Of a stretch of DNA of 64,000 nt, positions 13,181 to 25,690 are shown piece after piece. Origin of the DNA: the human T2T-CHM13v2.0 reference genome, Homo sapiens; the NCBI RefSeq assembly GCF_009914755.1, contig NC_060932.1; one strand, written 5' to 3'. Position numbers and translations under genes: made by a program. Under the pieces are notes generated by a model. It saw nothing but the letters and a program-made list of their open reading frames with translations. It was not told where the DNA came from and searched no databases. Numbering within the stretch: the stretch's first letter is position 1; every line of letters starts with the position of its first letter.

Positions 13181-13541
13181 TAAAGCATCAAAAATTTCAA
13201 AATAATTAATGTAAAAGTTAGCATTACATGATAAGCTTGAATATTTGAAGCACTGGAAGGAATACTCTTTTTATTCATCCAAAGTTACCCAGACTACCAC
13301 AGATAAGTCAACTAATTAGGAGTGTGTAATCAATATCATTTCCTCTGAACTTTTTATTAACAGCATGAGCTTTGGGGTAATAATCCTGAAGTTATTTTTA
13401 GTTTACAATTGCCAATGTATAGAATATGCAAATAAAGATCCTTCATCCCATACATAATTGCTGTTAATTGTTAAAATAAGTGAGCAAAATCTCAGGTCCA
13501 GCAATTGCTTCTGAGTTTCTGCAGACTGATATTTGTTTTCC

Positions 13542-13616
13542 TTTTTTTTTTTTTTTTTTAAACTATGCAGCTCTGATGTTGAGGAGTATGAAAAGAGCTT
13601 TTTTTTTTTTTTTTTT
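13542..13616. repeat. Two poly(T) tracts (~18 nt each) about 40 nt apart
   Basis: T runs at 13542-13559 and 13599-13616. Confidence 0.9.
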
Positions 13617-13946
13617 GCAAGAGAAATAAGGATCTCAATATAGGTTTGCAGAGGCCAACAGGGATGTATCTTTAGGATGGGTTTACCTCATATCTGTGTA
13701 ATACAGAGAACTATAAATTATCCACCCACTCCAACCTCCCCATGTCATCAGTGGTTGTGAAGGGGTAACTAGCCTCTGCCTGGGTGTCAACAGTAATAGT
13801 TTAATAGCTCAGTGAATGTCTGTTGCCTCACTGGTTACTGCTCCGTAGAGTAAATATTTGACATCAAGGACAAGAATTTAATTTTTAACTTTCTCAACTT
13901 AATTTTATTCAGTAAACATTTATTATGTGTCTTCTATATTTCAAGC

Positions 13947-15340
13947 CAGGAGAAGACCCAATTTTTGTAGGGGTAGGAACTTACATAATTTGGGGGCCTC
14001 TTTAAGAAAAACAATACAAAGTTACTTCTACACATTTAGATATAAAATCAACATTTATTTACAATAGGGAAGAAATTATAACAATTTATGAATTTAAGAG
14101 AGCCACCAAATACTACAAACGTGACACAATTCAGAAAAATATCTTGTTTTGATTAAATAACTACCTATCAAGCTGCTGTACTTTGTCTGCATTTTTTATT
14201 TGCACATTCTTTGATTGCTCTTTGTATGACAGTGCTTTTGTGTTGTAGTTTCTAAAACAAGAATAAAAAAGGAATTCAGTCTTTCCTGTAGTATGGTTGA
14301 TCATAATTTAGCTTTTATTATTGATAGTTTGGAAAAGTTTATTTCAGCTTTATAGCTTTTTTATTGGTAGTATCATTATACAATTTTAGGATTGTTGTCA
14401 AATTTGGGAAAATGTTATCAAGTTTTGTTCATGTATGGGCTGTAAGATTTCAGGACATTTTATGTTTTTGTATAGTGACAATGAATGAACATCATTCCAT
14501 TTAGTTTGCTGTCTAGATCCTCGTTTTTAGTGGCATTTTATGAATTTTTGTTATGTTTGTATTTGTCAGCATTTTGTGTCAAACCAACAAGAAATTTCAA
14601 TCTTTTCTCAAGGTGATGTACTTTTTCATTATTTGGCTTATTGAGTGATCTGTGAGACTACTCATCCCAAATACCCAAAGTATGTCTCTTTCTGTCAATA
14701 AACTGTAGTTTTGTATGGCTTTTGTCTGGGAATGCCATACTTTGTCAGAATAAGATGTGGTGTATATTTTAACATGTAATCCAATATGTTAACACAAATG
14801 AAACTGTGACTTCATACATAGATGCATTTGCTCTTTGAGCTCTACAATCACAGGAATTCTGATAAATTCTATTTTGCATGACTTCCTTAAAAATATAAAA
14901 TTAGAGGTTGTGTTCGCAATAGCATACTCTGAATTACTGAACCTATTCTTGATAGGAGAGAACTTCCATTTTAAGTAGGAATTAATGAGGATTGGATACC
15001 TCGACTGCAGTTCTGCATATCTGATAACTGGAAGCATTTTCCAGTGACTGGCTTCTGGATCTCCACCACTGTCTCCATGCTTTCACTGCCAGATGTTGCA
15101 GGATGCATTCTTGTTACAATATGACCTCTGACCCTGTGTCTTTGTATTATGACACTAGTAGTCCCGGGACACATTCCTGTACCAAGATGGAAACAACTGT
15201 GAATCACCTAAGCACATCCCTGTAAACCCAAGCCAATATATCTCCAGGTCAGCTTCTCCTAGCTGGATCCTCAATGCCTATAGTCAATCCAGTGCTGCTC
15301 CATATGTTGGGAAGTATGACAGAAAGGAAGTCAGAGTGGA
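13947..15340 (-). mobile_element. Zaphod-type hAT-Tip100 DNA transposon, internally deleted, with decayed transposase C-terminus
   Basis: Terminus caggagaagaccca...taatttgggggcctctttaagaaaaacaatacaaa. The minus strand at ~14410-14271 reads FPNLTTILK..KAEINFSKLSIIKAKL*STILQERLNS, the hAT dimerisation-domain motif, with frameshifts and a stop. Confidence 0.85.
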
Positions 15341-16260
15341 TTAAAAGATTCCACACCTTTGGTGTGCATGGATTGGTGCAGCCCTTCTAGTGAGACATCC
15401 CCAGATGTTAGCTGATAACATCCTCACCCTCATCCTCCCCACCATCACTTCTCTATGTTTTACTGGCCTGATCCAGTTTTTGGTGGCTTGGCACTTGGAA
15501 TTCTTTACAAGCACTTTCTTTCTATATTGACTTACTATCATTTTTAGAACCCAGATTTTTTAAATGTTCAAGCTGGATGAACCCTTATACATTTGCTCTA
15601 CTCTTTCATTTTATAAATGAGGAGCTTGGGGCTGAAGGTCATTCAGCTAAGTAGAAGAACAAGGACACATTATTTTTTAGCTCTTTATGCCATCTTTCTT
15701 TTCTTTCAAGTCTCCATCAGACTACACCCAGCCTTCCAGGATTAAAGTAAGTTAATTAGGCATGCATTGATTTGATCTCCGTAGGTCCCCCCTAAATTGA
15801 TATTTTTAGGAGTTAGAATATTCAATGTGCTCCCCAAATGCTACGTAATAGTGGTTTTTTGCTCATTTTGATAGGGCTTTTAGCAGAGTGAACTGTTTCG
15901 TGGACACTGTCACAGGAAGTGGAAACTCACCTTGTGAAAAGGTAAGCTTTCCATGGGCTTTGAGTTTTCCTTTCCTCAGCAGGGGAAGGGCCTATATGTG
16001 TTAGTGTTAGCTGCCTGGCCTTCCTCTGGGGCTTGGTTTTTAATCTCCAGGGAGGCAAGGCTGACAAAATGTCATCTATTTGCCTACTAAGGAAAGAAGC
16101 TGTGAAATAGATCTCCATTGCTTATGCACCTCAAGTCGCTTAGTTCCAGCTGTATCCATAATATCATGGTGTATTTAAAATACTGCTCATTGCAATCCTT
16201 TTGAAAAGAGATTCTGATGCTCGTAAATACTCCAAAAAGGCATTAAGGTGTTACACTGAT

Positions 16261-16606
<346 letters not shown>

Positions 16607-17041
16607 GCTTTTTATCTTTAATTGGATTTATTCCCTTTAGAAAACTTAAGTTTGTGGATTCATATCCAAATATTGCCCTTTACTGATCTAGCTTTTTCTG
16701 CTGTAAGTTCTAGGAACCTTTTAATTCAGAGAGGGGAAAAGAAAAGAGCTAGCATACACTCAATAGCTTTTATGTTTTGGATGCTTCATAAATATCACCT
16801 CATTTGGACCCTTACAAGAGCTTTGGGAGGCAGGGAGCTTTAGACACATTTTACACCTGAGTAACTTGATCAGGACATTTTGAAAAAAAGGTTTTTGATT
16901 ATCTGTTTTTCAACTTGAGAGAGTCGTGAGATAACTAAACTACAAATGAAAAATACGTAGGTAAGTCTCTTTGTAAGGTCATATTCGTAAAGGTTGCAAA
17001 AGAGACCAAACAATGTATTCCAATTGAGAAGTCCAGGTAGA

Positions 17042-17429
17042 GTATTTGGTTCATTTGTGCTGCTATAACAGAATACCATAGACTGGGTAATTTATAAAGA
17101 ATAGATCTTTATTTCTCACAGTTCTGGATCCTGGGAGGTCAAAAAACAAGGCACTGGCAGCTTCTGTTGTCTGGCAAGGGCTGTTCTCTGCTTCCAAGAT
17201 GGCACCTTATTTCTTCATCCTCCAGAGGGGAGGAACGCTGTGTCCTCACATGTGGAAGAACAGAGGGACAAGTGAACCAAATCTTTGTGTGAAACCTCTT
17301 TTATAAAAGCCTTAATCCCATTTATGAGGGGAGGAGCCCTCTTAAAGGCCCCACCACTTAATATCATCACATTGGCCATTATAAGTGTCAACACCTGTAT
17401 TTTGGAGGGGACACTTTCAAACCATAGAA
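17042..17429 (-). mobile_element. MaLR solo LTR, MSTD-like
   Basis: tgtgctgctataacagaataccatagactgggtaatttataaag...tctgcttccaagatggcacc...ttcaaaccatag. Confidence 0.9.
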
Positions 17430-18835
17430 TAAAGAAAACGAAAGGGGGAAAACTGCAAACAAATGTGCTATGAGATTAGATGGATTTGAAGGGGACTCGA
17501 CAGTCTTGGGCCTTTTGTTTTGGAAGATGGATTTTGAAAGTTATCTTTTATTGTATTCCTGTGAGGCCCATTTGTTTCCTACCCTTTTCTCTTGTCCCCC
17601 TCTTCCTTCTCTTTATTCAGTATCTTCCTCTGGCAAATAGCAGTTACTAAATTTGGTTCTCTGTTATCTTCCAACTCGAAAGGCAAAAGGCACAGGCAGT
17701 ACCCTCCTGGTAATTATTTATGATATTTCTCCTTCCAGAGATTTGCCCTATGGCAGCTTCAATCCGTTACCATCACTTTTTATTTTTTTGCCCATATTGG
17801 CAGCTTCCCAAGACTTTGGGAGGAAAAAGCAGATCTGCAGATACGCAAACCTCAAAATCAAGACTTGGTTAATGAAATCACTCCTCCACTTGCCCTTGCC
17901 TGTTACTGAATCCTGTTCCAGCTGGGATGGAAAAAGTGCATTGGTCATGCTGTCAAAAGCATATCACATTTCTCCACTGCTATTTCCTTCCTTCTTAACT
18001 AAAAACAAAACAAAACACCATAGACAACAAATAGACACACACACACAAAAAAAGACACTAGGTGAGAGTGAAGGTAGTTTGTACTATTTTCATTTTTCGT
18101 GTGTTCAATCGTATTTCTCTCAGCAAATATGATTGGAAGTGGTGCTTTTCCTTCCTTCCCCACCTTCCAGCATTAGGTTTGTAGGTGAACATAAAAATAC
18201 ACTGACACTCAAAGAAAGAGCTCTTTCTGCTCTGCACACATCCCATCTCGCCCTCTTCCTTGCTCCTGCTTATTTCTCTCTCTTTCTGCCTCCTTACCTC
18301 CTTCAGTTTAGAGCTTAGAGAAGTTTTTCACTCTTCTTTTGACAGGTGTCAGATAGACAGTATGAGCTCATTTAAGCTGAACTGTCTGGGGGAAACTAAA
18401 TTTGTTCAGGAGAATAGCAATTTGGATGACAAGTGCCAGGACATACCAGATGGCACGGCTGGAGAAATTCTTATCGGGCTCCCAGCTCACGTTCCAGGCG
18501 GCCTCTCTGTCTCTCTCCTCTATTCTTATTTGTTCATGGTTGACCCAAATGGAAACTTGAAATGCAAATGTATTTCTTCTTGGAAGTTTCCAAGTAAAAA
18601 AGGTGATAGTGACTCAGCATAAGATGCTTACATGCCCCCAAAAGAATAGCCAGTACTTGTTATTTATGCTTATTACTACTGATGCTTCCCAGACCCCTGT
18701 GGGCACATATTTGAAGAAGTCTTAATTGTGAGCCCTAAACTGATTGTGTAATTCCAGTTGTTTACTAAAATAGGACTGTTACCTAAGCTGCAAAATATTT
18801 GATGTTCTTGTCAGGATGTGAATGGAAGTGTTCTT

Positions 18836-18986
18836 AAACATTCTTCCTCAGTTGCCACACAGTTTGACTGATTTTGTTGGCCCTCACTTTCCAGAAAGGG
18901 AACCGTGGACATAAATGTCATGGGAAGGTATTTAGTAGAAGGTGTGATTTTTGGGGGCGCATATAAAACATTCTAAAATTCAAGGC
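18836..18986 (+). repeat. Dispersed direct repeat, copy 1 (151 bp)
   Basis: About 91% identical by hand alignment to 20586-20735. Confidence 0.95.
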
Positions 18987-19951
18987 CAGGGCGCTGTGAC
19001 AGGCTCTAATCTATGAATCATTATATTCTTAACATATTCTGAGAACAGGAAGAGAAAGCTCAACCTTTATAGACACAGATGGAATTTCTCCTGTGAAGAC
19101 TGGTAATTCATGTGACATTTGCTGTTTGCTTTTGTTTGCAGTCAAATTCTTTCTCTCAACCTTGCACTGTGCTGTTACTGGTCACTTAACAGACCTTCTG
19201 AAAGAGCAATATAAGTTTATATTTTAGGTACACAAACAAAGCAGATGTTTATAATACTGGGCATGATTTTTTTTTTTTTGGTCAATATTTGGTTCACATG
19301 AGAAGATCAACTTTTTCTAGCCTGTATACTTTGGCTCTGAATTTACGTGTTTTGAAAGGTTTGTTGTTGTTGATAATTTAGTGATGAAACTTACTCGTGG
19401 AAAAGGCTTATTGTGAGTGAATAAATAAATAGTATAGGCTAAAGTGTGTGTAGCCTACATTATTTGGTAGTGTAGTGTACACTCCACATACTTTTATCAT
19501 TTTAATTTTCTACTAAATTATGCATGTCCTGGTATTAGGATTCCCATAGTCATGGCAAAACCAATGATGGTAACGCCATACTTATCTGGAGGTTAAAGTT
19601 TCATTAACAATTTAAGGTGGAAATCAGAGAAGAAGGCCTCTGAGCCAGCCTAATAGCTATTCTAACCCCACACAGCAAGGTAGTATATTGTATTGCTGCT
19701 CTTCTCACCAAGAGCTTCTGGGCCTTTAGCACATTATTTTTAACATGTTTAAATTTCTGGGTTTTGTGGACACATCACATTAGCAGATGTGGGAATGATA
19801 GAGGTTATTTTGACATACAGAGAGGAGACAAGAAAACGGAAGTGTAACCACAAAGCTGGGTTGCCACATCCTATGGAGGTGTAAATTCATAAGGATAACA
19901 TTGAGTCACCCAGAAAAGTTGTATTGTGTCTTCCTTTTAAGAAACAATGTG

Positions 19952-20313
<362 letters not shown>

Positions 20314-20314
20314 C

Positions 20315-20998
20315 TATGTTATATTCATCCAATAGGGTGTGTGTTTGTGTATGTGAATATGAAGAAATTTATCATAAAGAATTGGTTCATATGATTACAG
20401 AGGCTGACAAGTCCCAAAATCTTCAGGGTGAGTCAGCAAGCTGGAGACCCAAGTGAGCTAATGCTTTAGTTACAGTCTGAGTTTGAAGCCTGAGACAGGA
20501 GAACTGATTGTGTAATTCCAATCCTAAAGCTAGCAGACTGGAGACCAAGGAAGAGTTGACGTTTTACTTCAAATGCAAAGGCAAGAAACATTCTTCCTCA
20601 ATTGCCACACAGTCTGACTGATTTTGCTGGCTCTCACTTTCCAGAAAGGGAACCATGGCCATAAATGTCATGGGAAGGTATTTAGTGGAAAATGCAATTT
20701 TTGGGGTCCATATAAAACATTCTGAAATTCAAGGCTTGATATCCCAGTTTGAGGGCAGCAGGGCAGGAGGAATTCTCTCTTCCTTGGGGAGGGTCAGCCT
20801 TTTTGTTCTATTTGGGCTTTCAGCTGCTTGAATAGGGTCCACTCACATTGGGAAAGGCAATGTGCTTTGCTCAGTTTACAAGTTTAAATGATAATCTCTT
20901 CCAAAAATGCCCTCACAGAAACATCCAGAATAAAGTTTGACCAAATATATGAGCACCCTGTGGCCCAGTCAAGTTGATACATAACAATCACAGCCATC
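20315..20998 (-). mobile_element. ERVL solo LTR, MLT2C/D-like, carrying a 150-bp foreign insert
   Basis: aaagaattggttcatatgattacagaggctgacaagtcccaaaatc...gcaccctgtggcccagtcaagttgatacata. Confidence 0.85.
20586..20735 (+). repeat. Dispersed direct repeat, copy 2 (150 bp), inside MLT2 LTR
   Basis: Matches 18836-18986; LTR sequence resumes at gatatcccagtttg. Confidence 0.95.
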
Positions 20999-21304
20999 CT
21001 TCCAGTTAGTCACAGAAAGATACCTTCCTGCATCTAGACAACAGGCAGCTGCTGAGGAGGGCTGGGAACAGCAGTTCATGATCTGGTATCAGATCATGAA
21101 CCCAGGGGTCCAGCACAAAGACGTAGATCCAGCCCTGATAGGAGAATGCCTGGTTTTTAGAAATAGGGGGATTAGCTTCCAAACTATAGAAAGAATTCAT
21201 TCATCCATTCATTCATTCATTTTAAAATTCAGGTCTTAATTCAAATATCACTTCCCCAGGGAGGCCTTTCTGATACATTGTCTACAGAAGTCCTTTCAGC
21301 CGCT

Positions 21305-22140
21305 CTCATTTATTCATTCACGAAAATGTATCAGGCCTACCCTGTGAAAGGCACTGGGAATCCAATAGTGACTGTGAATAACAAGCAAGGTCCCTTCCCT
21401 CACGCATCTTACTTACTAGTGGGGACAGACAGAAACTAAGTAAGCAAATAAAGAAGGTAATTTCAGATAGTGATAAATGCCATAAAAGATAAAATTGGGT
21501 AATGCATTAGAGTGTTGATTTGAGGACAGGGGGAAGTTACACTAGATACACCCGTTAGGGAAGACTTCTCCAGAAGAGCAGTCAGCTTGGATTGAAGGAT
21601 GAAAAGTAAAAGCTCCATTCAGAGCTCTTGGGGAAGAGCCTCTTAGGCAAAAAACAGCTGGTGCAACAGATCAACGGACAGAACCATTTGGCCAGTTCTG
21701 GGACTGAAAGAAAGCCAGTGTGACTGGAATACACTGAGCAAGGGAGAGAAAGGTCAGAGAGGTGAGCAGAGAGGTTGGCAGGGCAAGATCTTCATGGAAG
21801 GTCATATAGGCCCTGATTCAGAGCTTGCATTTTATCCTGATTGGAAATAAGTTTTAAGCAGAGGAGTGATATGATCTAATCTGTGCTTTGGGAAGATCAC
21901 TGCCCAGCGGGACACAGATTGTGTGGAGCAGGAATGTTGTAAGAAGTACAGACATGTAGGAGGCTATTCCAATAGTCCAGGTGAGAAATTACGATAGCTG
22001 GGCTAGGGTGGTAGCTGTGGAGACAGTGGGCAGTGGGCAAGCTTGGCTGTTCTGTGAAAAAGTCTTCAGGAATTGCTGATGGTTTGGATATAAGGGGTGA
22101 GAAAAATAAAGGACTCAAGAGTGACTGCTAGGTTTTATTT
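21305..22140 (-). mobile_element. L2a-like remnant (~830 bp)
   Basis: tcatttattcattca...taatttcagatagtgataaatgc...ttttaagcagaggagtgatatgatct...ggaggctattccaatagtccaggtgaga. Confidence 0.85.
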
Positions 22141-22144
22141 TCTT

Positions 22145-22330
22145 AATGGCACATATTTTTATTTGAAATTATCTTGTTTATTTGTGTACTTCTTTACTGT
22201 TGATCTCCCTCATCAGGCTGTAGGTACAGTGAGAGAAGGAATCTTGCTTATCGTGTTCACTGCCTCAGCCTCAGTATCCAGAAGAGCACCTGTTCCTTGA
22301 ATGTATGTGTATATAAATATTGATTGAGTA
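22145..22330 (+). mobile_element. L2 3' end, tail-to-tail with the next L2
   Basis: ttgaaattatcttgtttatttg...tgttcactgc...aaatattgattga. Confidence 0.7.
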
Positions 22331-22520
22331 CTTAGTATGGACCAGGCCTGTACTAAGGCTGAGATACAGAGGAGAACAAGACAGAGATGACCCATACGAT
22401 CATGGAGGCTGCATTCTGGCAGAGGAGATAGACAATAAACACATGAACTGAGTTGTTTCAGGTTTTCATAAATGCTGTGTTGACAAAAGGATGAAGAGAG
22501 TGGTTAAGGAAAAACCTCTT
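22312..22520 (-). mobile_element. L2 3' end
   Basis: aaatattgattgagtacttagtatggaccaggcctgtactaaggctgagatacag...gatagacaataaac. Confidence 0.75.
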
Positions 22521-23709
22521 CTCTAGTGGTTCTGTTATTCTACATGTATTCACTAGACTCTAACATCTGTGAAAGCAAGGACTAGGTCTTATATTCTTCG
22601 TGTAGTGCTAAGAAGATAGTATGTGCCCAGGAAATAAAAGTGGGCTTGTCAAGCCTGGAAGCCATGCTCAGTTCCTGGAGCATCCTCAGTACCTGTTTTG
22701 TTATCTATGTGATGTGACCTGCTAGGGAAATTGTCCGAGTCTCTCCTTTCTTGTGTAGGTTGACAATGCCTAGACCCATCAGTCTCTGCCTGGACAGGCC
22801 TGTAATTTAACTGCCTGCCTGGCTCTGATTGCTAATAGGCATGGGTAGCCACCTATGGATTTGCACAGCCACACACGGCCTTGCTGCAAATTTAGCAGCA
22901 GATAGTGCCTCAAGGTCACTAGAGAAGAAATGAATCTGTAAGGTGAATAAACTAAGGCCAATAAGCATAGAGTGCCAGAAAGTAGTGCCCAGAGGGATCC
23001 GAGGGGCATCTGCATGTTTATTAATAAACAAACACACAAAAACCCCCGCCTCCTCCTCTACTTAAGGAACACAGTGAGATCTCCTCTTATGAAGTCATTT
23101 CTCCCATGACTTCTGCTTTGAACAGAAGATTTTCAAAAGAGCTTTGTTTGCCCTTAAGCAGTCTTATCCTCAGATAAGGATAAACGATCAGAGGAAAATT
23201 TCACTGGGTTGTTGGTCAGCTATCAAAATGAAAAATGAAAAATCTTTCTTAACTGGAGTAAGTGTGGAATGCTTGAATAGTGCAGCAGCTTTTAGTCATT
23301 CTTTTACAACTGCTGTACACATTGCAGCCAGAAAAGACATTTTAGTTGTCAGGTAGTCAATAAATATTTATTACATGCTTCCTGTATACTGGTTCTCCAC
23401 TGGGAACTGTTCCTAAAGGTTTGTTTTCTTGTTACTTTTCTTGTCCCTGTGTTCCTCATAACTCAAAACTGCTGACCCATTTAGGAGGTATGGGAAAGCA
23501 AGATTGATCAGAAAGCAGACTGGGAAGAGACAAGTCATGATAATTCTTATGCTGTCAAAAACTGAGTTTAGCATCATGCTAAGCAGGCAGTATTCAATTC
23601 ATAATTCAAAACTGAGTGTCGCAGTGAATGGGGCCCTGCAAAGTCAATGTCTGATTGTTTTCTTGCTGATAAGCACCATGATCAGAGGTCTCTTCACTTT
23701 GGCTTAAAT

Positions 23710-23950
23710 CATAAACATGTTTGGAGCACCTACCATGTATGGCCACTCTCCTAAGAGTGAAGTAGGATATTGAGGTACTCCCAGTGTAGTGTCTGGCTTC
23801 TGGGGACTCAGTGTTAAATGAGTGTGGAGAAGATGTGTATATGAAGACTGTGTCTTAAGGGAGAATGTACTAAGGGAAATATGAAGTCTGGTAGGTACAC
23901 AGGAGAAGGAGATATTAATACTTCCTGGGGGGAATCCAGGCCTTACTAGA
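23710..23950 (-). mobile_element. L2 fragment
   Basis: aaacatgtttggagcacctaccatgtatggccactctcctaag. Confidence 0.6.
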
Positions 23951-24449
23951 GATCCTTCTGCACACTGTCCCCCAGCTCCTCACTTTGAGTGTTTCTTTTG
24001 GATTATTCATTTTCTCTATCTTGTGGCAGGCCTCATCAAGACTGGTATGTGCATCTGTGTTTGCTTTTATCAGATAATCTTCTACCTACTTTGAGTTTAC
24101 CTTCTATTTCTAATTCCTTGCTTAACTTCTGGGTTCCTTGCACAGCAGCATCTGATATCCTGCATGTTAGTTCTTTGTTTTCCCTACCCAACTGAAAATT
24201 ACTAATGCAAAATTATATTAGCAAAATGGGCATAACCAGAATCACCACTGCTGGGGTAGTTAATGAGCAGAGGTCTCCCATTTGCTTCCTGCCCACCAGT
24301 CTCTCTCCTGCCCTTTCAAGGCAGACGGGTTGCTGGCTCACTAATTTCCCACATATTGCAATCTTTTCCTGTGATGCAGAAAGCTATGTGTATTTCCCCA
24401 CTCCTGAGGTGACTGAACTGTTTAAGTAGTTTTGATAATTCGTTGCTTT

Positions 24450-25690
24450 AAAAAATACACAAAGATTTGAATAATATAGATAAATGTTTTCCTTGACTAC
24501 CCACACCACCCTATTGAGGTCAGTATTCTTAGATATAACGAACAATGTGAGTTTGATCTATATTCTTCCAGACTTTGTTCCCATGCACTGACATATGTAT
24601 ATGTGTGTGTGTATGTGTGTTTGTGTAGTTTTGTGCTTTTTTCTAACAACTCAGCTGCCAAATGATCAGTGCATATAGCACTACTTCATTGTTTTTATTC
24701 TCTTGAGTGTCATTCATGTATTTCTAACTCTTTGTATGCCTAATATTTTTTTGTTTGAATGCCAGGCATTGTTTTAAAAAGCTATTGATGCTCCATAGGT
24801 TTACCTTTCCTCTACTAGGCAGATCAGGTTGAAAGACTGATTGCCTTAATCCAACAACTGACTAAGTTGCATCAGAACAGGTTGCAATTTTGTTAAATTA
24901 CTTTTTGTTCTCCCTATTTCAGAAGCATGGCCCTCCAGGGCTTTTGATTGTAATTCTTTGTCTCCTCAGCACTAAGAGACTGCAGAATATCTTGTCTGCT
25001 TTTGAGAGATTTGGGCTTAGCTCTTTAGTCTTCTGTACTGTGCAGCTTCTGAACATGACAAATAACTTGACAGGGAGACCAACTCTGTGTTCAAGTCTCC
25101 TCAAATCTTCAATTTAACCACTGAAGCCGTACATGGTTTCCAGAGGATCTGCTGGTTTCTTTGTCCCAGCAGCTTCCCTCTGCCTGAACCTACCCTAGAT
25201 TCCATTCTCTAGAATGAGCCAGCTTAGGGTGGCAAATGTCCCTGAAGTTGGCTGCATGTCCTCAGATCACCTCTGAAATCTTTCCTTTCTATAATTTTAC
25301 TGTTGTTAGAACTTTTGGCTTCATTAACTTTCTAATGTCCTTAAATATGTGATTTTTATAATTTATTTAACTTTTCTAGTTGTTTTTAGTGGGCATGTTG
25401 GCCTGCCATGAACAACTTCATTATACTTAGAAGTAGAACTTCTCCCTCATTGCTTTTAACTCCTTCAGATTCTTTCATTGCATGATGTCTGTGGCTTATT
25501 TGGCCATTTCCCTGTTGATAGACATGCTGATTTTTATTTGTCACTGTTACAGTCTTATAATTTAAAATGAAGTACATACATTTTGTGTACTTATTTATAG
25601 CAATTACTAATATCTGGAATTTCTGGATTTAAAATATGGATTTTTAATTTTAATAGAGATTACCAAATTGTTCTCCAAAAAGACTTAAAT
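24450..25690 (-). mobile_element. Mosaic of ancient L1M/HAL1-like fragments with imperfect (TG)n at ~24595-24627
   Basis: tatattcttccagact...tagcactacttcattgtttt; ttttaatagagattaccaaattgttctccaaaa; family not resolvable by eye. Confidence 0.5.

Noticed and set aside
13530-13650. Poly(T) plus atgcag acceptor at 13570 as a cryptic exon
   Set aside because: The acceptor is plausible but nearby donors (GA|GTATGA, TAG|GTTTGC) are weak; no coherent exon.
16955-16966. Consensus donor TAG|GTAAGT at 16960/16961
   Set aside because: No convincing YAG acceptor with a pyrimidine tract at exon distance, and no tract for a recursive site.
17653-18622. 159-aa and 120-aa ORFs
   Set aside because: No recognisable homology, non-ATG starts, the first crosses simple repeats; expected by chance in 64 kb.
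23359-23372. Palindrome aataaatatttatt as a FOX dimer site
   Set aside because: Matches the generic L2 tail sequence, which recurs throughout the window.
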